This document shows positions 12,601 to 25,989 of a stretch of DNA of 64,000 nt, piece by piece; position 1 is the first letter of the stretch, and each line of letters begins with the position of its first letter. The notes below the pieces were generated by a model that did no database searches, had not been told where the DNA came from, and saw only the letters and a program-made list of their open reading frames with translations. Source of the stretch: Neodothiora populina. Its lineage: Eukaryota. Location: assembly GCF_041146345.1 (NCBI RefSeq), contig NW_027191410.1, forward strand, positions 1,178,001 to 1,242,000, read 5' to 3'. The translations under genes were made by a program, and so were the position numbers.

Positions 12601-14802
12601 TAATGACTCGTCAGTATCGTAGCCGTTTGCTCGTACAGTTGAATGTCGGCAAAAAAAGACTGAATACACTAGTTCGTAAGCCCCCGTCGAGTCATTCCAA
12701 CTTGTAATTATATCTGATGTGCATGAACCAGGGCATGAAGTTCGCTATAACCTCCTTCGCCTAATTGCATATACTGTAGCTAAACCAAGTAGAGAAATAT
12801 CCATGGCTTGCGGCAGCATCCTTTTTCTTCGAACGCACAAGGATGGCTGTGTTTGTTGCAGCTACAGCCACTCCAATACAGATGGAGGCTCATAATATGA
12901 GACGTATCGCGATTGCGAGATTACAAATGACTTGCTTTGCCCTGATCTGCCTTGGGGCAAAGTGTTATAACTATAGATCCCGCAGTGGTCCGATTATTCT
13001 GATCTGCGAGGAGGTGGTTCGTGAATCCTTTCTCGCGATGCCCGTACCCCTGGTCAATATTGGCGCTTGCCTCCGGCTGCTTGCGGACGCTGGTAGCTAA
13101 GATACTGAGGATTTGATAAAGATGCCGTCTGTCTGCAGCTTCGAATGAGAGGCGTGCTTCGATTGAGGAGCCTCATATCTCGCAGATACGGCGGATCCGC
13201 TCCACTGCGCACATTATATCTCGCAAGTACAGGGTTCGCTTTCTGGACCCATAGTATCCGAGAGAACAATCACAACATTCTACGAGCGAAGCTTCTCCAA
13301 GCCAGGACATGCTGTTCATAGATGGTTGAAGTTCGACACTTAACGTGCACGCCCTGGTTCGAGAAGCTCCAGACCCTCTACCCGCAGAGCCTCTTGTTTG
13401 GGACGGGCGGTTCCCAAAATACCTTAGTGTGGTCTTCATCACCCGTGTCGTACGGACCACCTTGACAGAATTTACCATACCAGAACCGTCATGCTATGCG
13501 CGCATCGCTCCCACCGAATTGCTTCACCATTGTCTGAAATGGTCAAGTTGCTGCACTTATGGCGCTCCAGGTCGCGAGTCATTTCGCCCACTTTTTCGGG
13601 TTTGAAATGCTTGGATCTTCGGTGGCGCTAAGGTCAGGTACCAATTGTCCTACTATCTCTGCATGAATCGATAATGCCACATGCTTCCACACTGACTGCT
13701 CTTGCGACCCATGATGCATCAACAGTATCCGAAGCCACGCCCAATCTTCGTAATGTGCATGGCTGATAACAGGACGGAGTACCGAGGCAGCAGCGTTGTG
13801 ACGAGTAACGTCCCAATGACCTAACACTACCTTCCGACCTACCCTGCCTGACGTACTTGAATCTGGTCAAATGCCACAATAAGCCTGTCGAAGAGTATAA
13901 GCGACTACCCGAGCTACAGACCGTCTTCGTTTGAGATGAACGAATGGCTCTGTTGCCTGATACTTCCGTCAAGCGTCACACAGCCCGCCGGCAAAGCAGA
14001 GGTTCTCCGTGTCAGACGTTCTGCTCACAATGTCCCATTGCGAAGTTGCAATCTTCAACGGGTCGAAATGAATGCAGTCTGTGAAACTTGGCTCTTCGTG
14101 GCGATGAGAACAGCGGTTTTGTGGGGGCCGGTTTTCTTCCGAGCATCGATGTCGCGCTCGAAAATGTTGACGGGGCGACCCTGTTGGTTCGTTCTGCGTC
14201 GACTACATCGTTTGAAATCGTGTAACTTGACTATCAGATCCTGCCATATCTGATCATGCTTTCTTGTATGCCAGACCTTGATAGATGTAGCATGTTGACG
14301 TAGGTGGTTTGCTTCAAGTATCGCGCCGCACATTCAGCAAAATGCATTGCATTCATGTCAGATATGCGTGCAGTGGCGCATTTCGCCGTACACCATGGCA
14401 ATGCCGAACCGTAATGTAGCTTGCGCATATGATAGAATCTTGCTGCAAAGTCGGAGGAGGAGAAGAGTCATTTAGTGCTCTCAAAAGAAAACCTTGATCT
14501 GTATAGCTTTGAGGAGTATTGCGCAGCGCAGGTGAAGCTTTCTTTTGAGATGGATGAGGGCGAGCTTGCTCTGTAGTTCTGGAGACTTGCTAGCTCGTAG
14601 ACGATCGAGAAGCGTGACTTTTGGCGTACAGATCGGGAGTTGCATGTCTGGGATGCGTAAGTAGTCTTTAGGAGTGCAACAATGAACAAGATGAAAGACA
14701 AATAGTTATTATGTTCACTTTGCTATGCTGTGGATATGCTACGCTATGCTATATTGTGTTATGCTATGGCTCTCCTTCATGTGACCATGTAAAAGACACA
14801 CT

Positions 14803-15902
14803 CTACTTCTGTCCACCGAACGCGACTCCACCAACACTCTGATCGAAAGCGACAGCATCATCAAGACCACAGATACGGAAAAGAGCATTGGGACCAATAG
14901 GCTCACACTCATCCCTGCCCTCCTCCTTCAACAACTTCATCGCCCTCTCCAGCGGTCTAACGACCGTCTCCAGCGAAAGCGTAGGGTTGATATAAATCCT
15001 GAACCCACACTCCTTTGCCTCGCGCACGCCCATCTGAGGCGTCTTACCCCCAGGCACCATGTTGAGCAACATCGGCGTGCCCTGGAAGATCTTGACCGCG
15101 CGCTCCGCCTCCTCACGCGACTGCAGCGCCTCGAGAAACAGCGCATCAACACCACACTCGACGGCGCCCTTGAGCCTCTCAACGGCCTCGTCGAAGCCCG
15201 AGTCCGCGCGCGCGTCCGTCCGCGCAATGATCAGCATCTCGCTGCCGCACTCGTCGCGGGCTTTGACCGCAGCGCGCAGCCGCGAGTAGTACACTTCGCG
15301 CGGCACGACTTGCTTGCCGGATAGATGGCCGCAGCGCTTTTCTTGCACTTGGTCTTCGATGTGCAGGCCGGCGAGGCCGGCGAGAGCGTAGGCTCGCACG
15401 GTGCGCGCGACCATGATGGGCCCGCCGTAGCCGGTGTCTGCGTCTGCGATTACGGGCACCGAGGGGTCCAGGGAGGCGATCATTGATGCGTGTTGCACCA
15501 TGTCGTTCATGGTCGCTATGCCGAGATCTGCGGTGCCGAGCTTGGACATGTTGGTTCCTGCTCCGGTCTGGGTTTGGGGATTAGTTGAGGCGGTGACTGG
15601 GAGGATTGTGTCTGTGGTTTGCGATGATAGTCGTTTCTTGCTATGATAATTGAAGTGATAAGAAAAGAAAAGAGGTGAAGAGAAACCATTCGAGCATTAT
15701 TGGTCCACCGCTCAATGTACTCAGAAGAAGAAGAAATGATCTTGAAACTTACCATGTACAAGCACTCGAAATCATGCGCCAGCGCGATCCTGGCCGTGAG
15801 TCCATCATAGACACCAGGGGCGACGACAGTGTGATTGGGGTCTTTGAGGAGTTGTCTCAGTCTCGAGGCGCCCGTGGGCTTTAGTGGGGTTGGGTTTGCC
15901 AT
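14803..15902 (-). CDS. PEP mutase/isocitrate lyase superfamily lyase (2,3-dimethylmalate lyase / OAH-like)
   Basis: Exons 15902-15753 and 15567-14803 (185-nt GTAAGT..CAG intron); motifs PGVYDG, YMTGAG, DADTGYG, HIEDQ, KRCGHL, IARTDA. Pro at the position where OAH has Ser (RIYINP) suggests not true OAH. Confidence 0.9.
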
Positions 15903-17175
15903 TGTTTCTTATTGTGTGCTTTCACGAAGATAGAAGAAGTGATTAAGCTGTGGGTACAGATGCGGTTGCGTATGATAGGTCGTGACGTTGTAGTATTGTG
16001 CAGTGCAGTGTGAAAATAGACGTCGAGATAGAGAGTATATCCACGATCTACACGGAGGAGGAGATTCGAAGAGGAAGTCTGTATATATACCGTACGACAC
16101 TACTGCTGGCGATCAGGATCTATCTTACCTCGTTGTCATGAGTGCGCAACTGAAGTCGCTCCCCAATTAGACCGCCCTCCGACTTCGGGTTTCTTCCGCT
16201 TTGCAAGAGAGACAAAAGAGGCATTCACTCGTTCGTTACCACAGCGGGAATATCTGATACAATACAAATGGTAAATCGCCCAATCGTTTCGAAAGTTTTC
16301 CCTTGCAGTATAGACATTTTCCAGTTATTTTACGGGTGTGCTAAAGGCGCCAGTTTTATTCCCGGACGATTCGCACTTGGTATGGGGCGGAACGGGGCTG
16401 CGTCATTCCGCTTTCGCTGCTGGCTGTCGCTGCGCTGTTGTTCTTCGCCCAATGGGAGAAGAGCCTTTTACGCCCGGGTTTTGTCCGCGCGCTTTTTCGT
16501 GATTCAATCTCGTGCGGGAATAAAAGTGGTTTATATCCAGTCGTTACAGTGGTATAGGTACGATACAGTGGATTGGATTATTAATGTCATGAAATTTGGA
16601 TTGAATGTAAGTATGTCTCCGAAGTCGGTTTCGATTGGTTCTCTACGACTCGGGAGGTCGAAGGGTTCAAGCAGCTTAGTCCTCTACCTTTGTGATGTAA
16701 CTGCTGATATTCTACTGTATATCGTGACGTATGGAAAGGAGGAGATGGTAGCTAAGGTATCTCACGTCGGCAGTAACACGCCTACATGTGGACCAACTAC
16801 CTTGACGTTACATAGCACGCAGAGGAAGACGGTCAAGTGACTATCACCCGAAGCGGTATTACGGCGATTGATGAAGACGGTGTTGTATAGCTCACAGACG
16901 TAGATCTAGCCTTGATCTGACCCAATGGTCATATCTCGGTCGTGATGTAGGTAGTCTTTCCATAGCAGCATAGACCTTATATCAAGCTCTTCAGCAACCT
17001 GCGATCGATGCATGGACAGCAAGAGTCAAGCTAGCTGGGCCCCTCACAACCTGGCGGATCGAAGCGGTTTCAAGTGCGCGTCACTCTCTCACTGGACACG
17101 AGCATGAAGAACTGAAGGATAATTTTTTTATTGGATTGCGGTGTTTCATTGGGTATGTACATCTTCTCTGCGCGC

Positions 17176-17777
17176 TCAAAAGTCCTTCTCGTCGGTGCGT
17201 GCCTGTCGTGTTCGGATCATGTCAGCATTCCACGCGCTTCTTCTTGATGATCGAAAAGACAAAACTCACAAGCCAAGCTCCCTTGCCGCCCAACTCAGCC
17301 TCCAGACCATCGGGGTAGGTCTTGGGCACACTGGCCTTGTCCGGGTAGAACTGGTAGACGACAGCGCACAAGCCAAACACGGAGGCGACGAAGGTTCCGA
17401 GCAGGACGGCGCCGAATCCAGGCTGGTAGTGGGTGTAAGGCTCGGTGGAGAAGACACCAAGGATGTCGTTGTCCTCGTGGACAGGCTCGCCGTAGTTGCG
17501 ACGTTCCTGCTTGTCCCACCAGTCGCCGTAAGGGTCACGGAGCGATCGCTTCTGGGGGACGGGGTTGATGTATCCGCCGTTCTTGGGGCATGTCAGTTCT
17601 GGATGCGTCTCTTCGGGAGAAAGAGCAGAGGAAAGGTACCATGTTGGGGTCCCCGACGGAGAGGTCGCCATGGTCGGACGAGGCACGACGGATCTGGGAG
17701 ACGATGGTGGTTCGCGGTGCCGTTGACTGGAGGGCGCGAGAGAGCGGACGCGCCGCTGTGATTCTTCGGGAGAGCAT
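17176..17777 (-). CDS. NADH:ubiquinone oxidoreductase ASHI subunit (NDUFB8 family)
   Basis: Exons 17777-17640, 17581-17270, 17202-17176; mitochondrial-type presequence MLSRRITAARPL; motif RDPYGDWWDKQERRNYGEPVHED; single TM. A further intron (17778-17838) lies just upstream of the ATG. Confidence 0.9.
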
Positions 17778-18396
17778 CTGAAAAGGGCGGTCAGTCAGAC
17801 GGAGGTCGGGGGTGGCGAGAGGAGGTCAATTGACTCACTGTGATGTGTATTGATTGATCAAACAATTAATCGATCAATCGTCAATGGCATCTTGCTGTGC
17901 CTGTCTGTCGTTGGATGCTGACCCGCGCATGTCTTGGCATCGAGGTCGAAGCTTGGCATTGACATGCTTGTAACCCTAACACAAGATCAGTATCGGATGT
18001 TTGGCCGTAGCGGTATAACACAGCACAAGACACATGCAGTAAGATGCCCGGCTAAAGCGAAGAGTCGATCACATGATGAACATCTAGCACTTGCGACCAA
18101 CACACTGGAATGGCAGAGAAAGCTGCTGATGCTGCTGATTGACTAAAGCGGGACAGGCCGACATGGCGATGGTGGGAATTACTGATCAATGACCAGCTCT
18201 TGCAATTTTCCTACAAGCCAGCCATGACGCGACTCTTTTGTCTATAACTCGCTCCACAGACCCGATAATTTCTTTTCGACAACGGCATGATATCCAGCAT
18301 CTCCACGAGCATCTCCAGCACTACTTTTCATTGGATTGTCGGTTGGTGCGGCAGGACCAGAGGGGGTCTAGTGCTCTCGGAACACATCGTCTCCTG

Positions 18397-19053
18397 ATGA
18401 TGCAGCTGGAAAACACGTCGGCGATTGACACGGAGAAGAAGCCAACCCCGGCACACGCGACGAAACGCGACGACATTGATAGTATTGATCAAATAAACTC
18501 GACACATTCAGACACCAACGGTCTTGTCCATGTAGAGACCAACCCTGATAATGATCATGTTGACGAATCTGATGCATCCGATGATTCTGCACCGCTGTCA
18601 CCACCGCCCGATTCCATGTTGACACCCTCGCCGGAACCACAACCATCTCAGTCTCCATCTGCAGTGGTGCCAGAGTCCAGGAATTCATCAGCCTCGCGTC
18701 CCTCGACGCCACCTCCGCCCGTCCACAGTGCGTCTGAGGAAGGCCAGAGTAACGCAACCACCAACACCAAAAAGCGCAAGCTGCCCACTGATGAGCTGCA
18801 GTCGGGATCGAGGTCACGCTCTGCCTCGCGCCCCATTTCACCGCCCTGGAAGAAGTTTGGCGCCGAGGGGCCCACCGTCTTTCTCGACAATGGCAAGCGG
18901 CGGTCAGGTCGCGTCAATATCCTTCCCCTGGAGCTCCAGCCGTCGACAGGCAAGAGAAGCACGAGATCGGCCCAGACCAACGGCACTCCTGCCCGGGCCG
19001 AGAAGAAGGTTCATGCTTCGACGTCTTCTGCCAAGAGAGACTCCCGTCACTCT

Positions 19054-19092
<39 letters not shown>

Positions 19093-22000
19093 ACGACAAA
19101 GTCAGCTGCCCAGTCGCCTGCACCCAAATCAAATGGAGTCAAATGCGAACACGATGCGCCGCTGCCCACAAAGACCAAGACCAAGACCAAGACCAAGACC
19201 AAGACCAAGACCAAGACCAAGACCGAGACCGAACGAGCGCTCAATCGAGATGGCCCACCTGCATCGCCCGTCACTGCGAGGAAAAAGTCGAGCCGTATCC
19301 AGAGAGCTAATCAGATCGCTAACGAGGAACTGAAACAAGAGACCAAGCTGTCCATGAGTGACGAATCTGTCCAGTCAACACCACGCATCACGCTGAAGCT
19401 GCGCCGCACCGAAACCACGTTTCCCCCGACTCATCCATCCCACCTGCCCACGCAGCCATCGCACGCGACCCTCGAAGAATCCCTGGCCGCCATAGATGCA
19501 AGAGAAAAGGAAGTCGAAAGAGTTGCCAAGATTGACGAGAACTACGAAGGCCTCGAGCGGGCACGCGCCGCCAACGAGCGAGAACGCCCGGCCGACCCCA
19601 GCTCGTACGAGCTCGCGGAGAAGGAGGCGCGCAGCCGCCTGCGCATATTGGAAGCTGCCGAACCAGGCGGACCTCTGTCCGAGGAAAAGTGCAGCCTCTT
19701 TCTGCCTGACGTGCAACCGGAACCGCCAAAGCAGTTCTCTCATTCCGACCATCTGTGGTCTCAAGGCATCTACTTCCGTGTTTTGCTTGATAAGGAAAAG
19801 CGACAGCACAGGGAACAGGCCAAGAGACTAGCATATGCTGCTCTGAACAAGTGGAAGGAGAAGCAACCGCAGACCGAGGAGGAGAAGGAACGTCAAGAAA
19901 GAACCTTCTTCGAGCTGGTCTACAGGCAGCTCGTCAAGGACATGGCCAGGAAATGGGAACTGGTGGGCGAAGAGATCAACCGACGACGACATGCCAGATG
20001 GGAGATTGAAGAAAAGTCGCGCAGAGAGAAACGTATGCAGGAAGTCATGGAGCGAAGCACCAACTTGCTGGACGCGCGGAAAGCTGCGAGAGAGGCCAGG
20101 AGCACGAGTCTTGTGTCAGCCGACAGCATGGACGAAGGCGACTACGAAGACACGGCAACTCCTGCCTCGCCATCTGGAGACGAAGACGACGGTGATGAAG
20201 AGCGCGAGGACAGTGATGTCATGAGCGACTCTGATTTGGACAGTGACGAGGGCAATGTAGATGACCCGGACGCGAAGCTCTCACCTGAAGCTCTACGACG
20301 GAAGTATGCATCTCTGCCCGACCTTCCCGATATCCCCGAGCCTTTGGATCTGGACGACGACGATGACCGCAACGACGACGGCGACGCTGGAACTGAAGAG
20401 GAAACCGACCATGCGCATGCGCAGGACCCATCGACTTTGATCGCCGAGACTCCAGCCCAAGACACAGACACAGACCTGAACCCATCCAGATCTGAACGCG
20501 ACTATGCCAATATTGAGCTTGAAGAAGTCGATGAAACCTTGCTAGATGACAGCGACGAATCCGTTGACATGAGTGACGAAGACATGACCTCTGAAGAAGA
20601 CGAGGACGAAGACAACGGTAGTGATGAAGATGACGACGACGACGACGCCGGAGACGACATCGGCCTCTTGGGTTTCCTCGGTGGCAAAGAACGACAAGTC
20701 GTACAGAATCGCCACGGGTCTGAAGAGCCTACGGCGGATGTGGACATGGAGGAAGCGGCAGAGGCAACAGAGTCAGCCTCACCAGCGACTCTGCAGGCTG
20801 ATACTATTGAACAACCTTCCGTCACAGGCGACGATAAGCAATCGGCTCATGCTGTTGTTGACACTCCCACTGATGTATCAAACACGAAGCGACATGCCTC
20901 TGAAGCCAGCCAAGACCAGAACATGCTCGGTATCGACTCCCACGGCGAGGATCGCAGCAGCCAGCTCTCTCCCAAAGACGACACCACTGTTGAGCCTACT
21001 GAAGCCGAATCTACCACTAGCGTTGAGTACGAAGAAGCCGAGAAAGATGTCGAGGTCGCTGCTGAGCACACGCCACAGCCCACTCAAGGCCCAAGAACAA
21101 AAGTTCCCTCTCTGCTTCGTGGCACCCTGCGCGAGTATCAGCACGAAGGCCTCGATTGGCTTGCAAAATTGTATGCTAACAAGACCAACGGCATCCTCGC
21201 TGACGAGATGGGTCTCGGAAAGACCATCCAGACGATCGCTTTGCTGGCCCACCTTGCCGAGGAACACGAGATTTGGGGTCCCCACCTGATCGTTGTGCCG
21301 ACATCTGTCATTCTGAATTGGGAGATGGAGTTCAAGAAGTTTCTGCCTGGGTTCCGAGTGCTTTCCTACTACGGTACGGTGGAAGAGCGAGCCCAGAAGC
21401 GCAAAGGCTGGAGCAACCCCGACAACTACAATGTGGTCATCACTTCCTATCAATTGATTCTCAAGGACATCAACGCCATCAAGGTTCCCGACTGGCATTA
21501 CATGATCCTGGACGAGGCCCATAACATCAAGAACTTCAACTCGCAGCGTTATCGCGCCATGATCAGGCTCAAGACCCATGCCAGACTGCTGCTTACCGGC
21601 ACGCCTCTCCAGAACAACATACAAGAGTTGTGGTCATTGCTTACTTTCTTGACCGCTGGTCATGATGGCCAAGGCATGGGTGAGCTTCACGAGTTCGAGG
21701 AGTGGTTCAGTAAGCCAGTAAACGAGATATTCATGGACAGCAGACAGACCTTGAGTGGAGAAGCGCAGAAAATTGTGAACAAACTTCATCACTCTCTTCG
21801 ACCCTATCTTCTTCGTCGTCTCAAGGCACACGTCGAGAAGCAACTCCCCGGAAAGTACGAGCATACCGTCATCTGTCGACTGTCCAAGCGTCAACGCCAG
21901 CTCTACGATGCTTTCATGGGACTGTCCGACACGAAGGCCAAGCTGCTCTCCGGGAATATGGTCAGCGTGTCTATGGCCTTGATGGCTTTGCGAAAGGTCT

Positions 22001-23886
22001 GCAACCATCCGGACCTGTTCGAAGAGCGACCCATTGTGACTTCTTTCGCCATGCCCAAGCCTTACTCGAAGATGCCGAGGGCTGCGATCGCCGACTATGA
22101 GATCAAAGACCTGCTTGTCAGGAAGAAACTTCTCGGTGCAGAGAATTGCTCGAGGCTGGACCTTGACTTTTTGAGTCTCAACCTTGCCAGTCGTGAAAGA
22201 CATTCTGGATATCACCTCAGCCGAAGCAGAAAATTGCGGGCCACCAACGTATTGAACGAGATTGCAAGACATGAGACATCGGCTCCTTCCAACACGAACA
22301 CTTTTGACGGTTCGTCCCTGGCTTCTGTCTTGGCTTACCAGCACCGACAGGCGTCCGCCGCGAGACTGGATAAAATACGCAGAAACGCTTTCCTCACCAA
22401 GCACCGCACTGACCATCTGCCTATCTACGGGACTGATCTCGTAGAGCGCGTGACCGTCCGTGGAGCGGTTGACCCTCTTCTACGGACACCGCCTCGTGAG
22501 AGAGCAGCGCATATGGACTGGTACATGTCGACATCCTCACTGATCCATGCGGTCGTTAAGACACTGCCCGAACGAGCCGAAGAGATGCGCCCTTATGTGG
22601 TCAAGTTCGCGTGCATCACGCCTAATGTGACAGCTGAGAATCTTATTTCTTATACTACGCCTGCTTCGACGATATCTGCTATCCGTTCGGCTGCACAAGC
22701 TGATCTCATCACTCCAGTCAGCTCGAAGACGTTGCCGCCTTCATTGACACCTCGAATCAACGTCGACCCCTTCCACGAAGCTCGTGTTCGTCTGTCTATT
22801 GCTTTCCCAGACAAGCGACTGTTGCAGTATGATTGCGGAAAACTACAACGACTAGCGATATTGTTGAGGAGTTTGCAATCGAAGGGATCTCGCGCCTTGA
22901 TCTTTACACAAATGACGTCGGTCCTGGACATTCTCGAGTCTTTCCTCAATATCCACGGCTACAGATACCTGCGACTGGATGGAAGCACACGCATCGAGCA
23001 GAGACAAGACATGATGGAGCGATTCAACCGCGACTCACGCATCGACGTTTTCATCCTGTCGTCTCGGTCTGGTGGTGTCGGTATGAATCTCACAGGTGCA
23101 GATACAGTCATCTTCTACGACCTCGACTGGAACCCGCAAATGGACCGACAATGCCAAGATCGTGCTCACCGCATTGGTCAGATGCGTGACGTGCATATCT
23201 ACAAGTTTGTGTCAGAAAGCACAATCGAGGTTAACATATTGAAGAAATCCAACCAGAAGAGACTGCTCGATGAAGTTGTCATCCAAGAAGGAGAATTCAC
23301 GACCGATTGGTTCAACCGACCCGAGCAACAAAAAGTGACCGATGTAGGGGTGGATGGCGACGATGATGTCGCAGGTGCCGCCGTGGATAAGTTCCTCGGT
23401 GCGCAACAACCCCCTGTAGCCTCTTCTTCCGCGGCAGGTCCCGGAGATGGTCCGAACAGCCAACATCAACCCCAAGACATCGCGCGTATTCTAGAATCAG
23501 TAGAAGACGCGGAAGACGTCGCCGCAGCTCGAGGCCAGCAGAAAGAACTCCAAGAAGTCGTAGCAGCAGACTTTGACCTCGACGAGTCCAACCAGCAACA
23601 GGGGCGTCGCTCGCGCTCCTCGGCCGCTCCAACCGGACCCTCCGACTCTTTCTCTACTCCAGTCGCAGCAGAACTACAGAATGCCGCAGACGCAGATGAC
23701 GTCGAAGTCGTGACCAAGGCAGACGGTACCCGAGGCGCAGTGACGCACGTCGACGAGTACATGTTGCGATTCATAGAAGATTTCGCTTGGAAGGGCGTCT
23801 TGTATGTGCCGCCTATTGACCGCAAGAGAGCGCGATTAGATCGCAACGGGCGGGATCGGAGTCATCGGGCGAAGAGGATTCGTTGA
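18397..23886 (+). CDS. SWR1: SWR1 chromatin-remodelling helicase (HSA domain + split SNF2 ATPase)
   Basis: Intronless ORF; LREYQ, GILADEMGLGKT, LDEAH, LLTGTPLQN, LRKVCNHPDLF, long insertion, FPDKRLLQYDCGKLQ, QDRAHRIGQ. First in-frame ATG at 18397. Confidence 0.95.
19057..19089 (+). repeat. (GCA)n microsatellite encoding poly-Ala in SWR1
   Basis: About 11 tandem GCA units. Confidence 0.95.
19171..19230 (+). repeat. (AAGACC)n hexamer repeat encoding a Lys-Thr repeat in SWR1
   Basis: About 9 perfect units plus one variant. Confidence 0.95.
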
Positions 23887-24437
23887 TAAAAACGCCAAGG
23901 AGAAAAGAAGAAGAAGCGAAAAGAAAAAACATTGTTACTTGGAGTGTAAGATTATTCGAGTAGGGTGGACGACGAGATATAGTAATACACGCAAAACGCA
24001 AAATGAAAAGTCTCAAATACCAAAGATAAACCCCTCTGTTCTTGATTTCTCTCATTGAGATATACATACGCACACGTATATGTCTATGGAATGCAAAAAA
24101 GCAGCGACCAATGATTGATACATTCATGTATTTCCCATCTCCAGCAATTGTCCTAGGCTCGTCCGTAGGCGCCTGCGGGGAGTGGATTCCAGCTTGCAGT
24201 CGTTGTCTCACACCCGCGAGTGCCTTCCTTAGATACTAAGCTCTTCGTTTCAGACAGTAATTACCTTTATCTTGCCTCATCCTCCATCAGCCTGTGCGCC
24301 CCCTCAAAAAGTAACCTCATCCTCCTGGACCCCTGTAAGCGCCGCTAATCATGAACCACATAATAAAGATGCGAGCGAAGAGAAAGAAGAGAAGGTCAAG
24401 AGAAAGGAATGCAAAAGAAAATCAGAAAAGAGTTATA

Positions 24438-24556
24438 ACATACCGCAGCTGGGATTCCCACGTGGTCACCCACCGTAGTACTAATCAGCCGGTCAACTGC
24501 TTATGTCTGGCAGAGCGGACGGGATGCCCAGTTTTCAGCTGCCTGTGGCCGTATGT
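24438..24556 (-). rRNA. 5S rRNA gene (copy 1)
   Basis: 119 nt, ACATACGGCC...GTATGT, internal CATCCCGTCCGCTCTG and TTAGTACTACGGTGGGTGACCACGTGGGAATCC; TATAAT ~28 nt upstream; T-runs downstream. Confidence 0.95.
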
Positions 24557-25129
24557 ATAGTTATGGTTCGATATTAGTATTATATTCTATGATTGAAAGA
24601 GGCCGAGCGAGACGTTTCTGATTTGGTATCATTCGACATGCGATGATGGATGTTATTAGCAAGATCATGAGATTTATCATTGTTTGATATCATTGCAGAC
24701 TATTGTGACTTTCTAGCCCCTGTGAGTTCACACATCATGTCCTAGCTCCCAGCATGGAGTACGATACAGCGCCTACGATGCAACTGCCTGGCTCCTGTAC
24801 TACGCAGCCACTGCTTACCCAGGCAAGCAAGCAAGCAAGCACCCGTGGACGGAAAAATTCCGTAAGTTACAAAGTCCTAGAGCCTGGTCTGCTCGTACAC
24901 TGTGTACAACTTTTCGCATTGCTGCATATTGCCTATCGCAACGTTGCCTCGTTTGCTCACGAAGCACAATTTTGATGACACGAACAGGACAGATACATGG
25001 AAAAACCCTAGGTCTGGCCGGTAACAACGCACGCCAGTAGCGGGCACCAGTGCAAGAAGCCGAACGCCTTGTAATTGAAGTACTTTGGAGGCACGGCAGT
25101 GAGTTCCTCACGATATCCAGGCGCGGCAG

Positions 25130-25235
25130 CGTCAGGTAGGTATAGATGATGTGTGTGGCGGACTGAAATTCACCCAACGTCACTGTAATACCACACACCC
25201 ATATGACAACCCAGCCAGTTAGTGTAGCCATGTAG
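25130..25235 (-). pseudogene. Degenerate fragment resembling the C-terminal TM tail of the 27995-28555 family
   Basis: WVVIWVCGITVTLGEFQSATHIIYTY aligns by eye to WTVLWVGGITIVLGIFQLATGILQAY. Confidence 0.45.
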
Positions 25236-25409
25236 CTAACTTCTGCAGATGCTGTCCGTGGCGTTGGTGCCCATAGTACGACTCGCAATCACATGTGTCC
25301 GTCGATGATCAGCATGATAGCAATTGTTGCTTCCGAGTCCTCCGTAAGCAACATCGCACGAGTTCAAGTTCTTTTTGTAAGTCCAAGTGTTCGAAGATCA
25401 TAGCTCCAA

Positions 25410-25850
25410 ATGATAGTATCATGTTTCAAGGACTTTTGACGCCTTACTTCGTCGTGCATTTGTCCAAACATCTGCAACTCCTTTTCTTTAGCCTCGATAT
25501 ACCGGCTTATCAGAAGTTCTCCTATCCAATCTCATATATTCTCAGAACGCTTCAGAGCCTGAATTGTATCAGACAAGCAACTCGGCATACTTTCACTCAT
25601 GCCGAACTTTCGCAACATTTGTGGTGTGAGTTTGTCCTTGAATTCCATACAATCCTTGTACCGCAATTTCGCACAATCTCGCATACCATCATATCCTGCG
25701 GATAGTAGACCAGCCAAGGACAGATAATGATTGACTGTGGCGCCCACGAATCGGAATTCCCAGTGCTTCGCATGGATTCTGCAGATGGGTAGATCACGGT
25801 TCTCAGTACCCCAGCCAACGAAGCAGCCTGCTCTGTCGTAAATCAACAGT
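25410..25850 (-). pseudogene. Glutamine-synthetase-like (GSI/FluG C-terminal type) catalytic-domain fragment
   Basis: WGTENRDLPI, HWEFRFVGATVNHYLSLAGLLSAG, MPSCLSDTIQAL; in-frame TGA at 25532-25534; N-terminal part of the gene absent. Confidence 0.75.
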
Positions 25851-25989
25851 ACTCCACTGATGGCTTATGAAATATGAAGTGAATCAGTGGCTCCAGCATT
25901 GTTGAATTTGGTGGCAAGGACGGCCAAATATGGGCTTTACCTCGCATAATTTGGGATGCTGATTAGTCGGACATATAGCAGTATTCACG

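Noticed and set aside
14803..15902. Calling the lyase oxaloacetate acetylhydrolase (oahA)
   Set aside because: Has Pro rather than the OAH-diagnostic Ser; substrate cannot be assigned from sequence
24272..24560. Short ORFs overlapping the 5S genes (also 31445-31798) sharing SWDSHVVTHRSTNQP
   Set aside because: Antisense translations of 5S rDNA, not proteins
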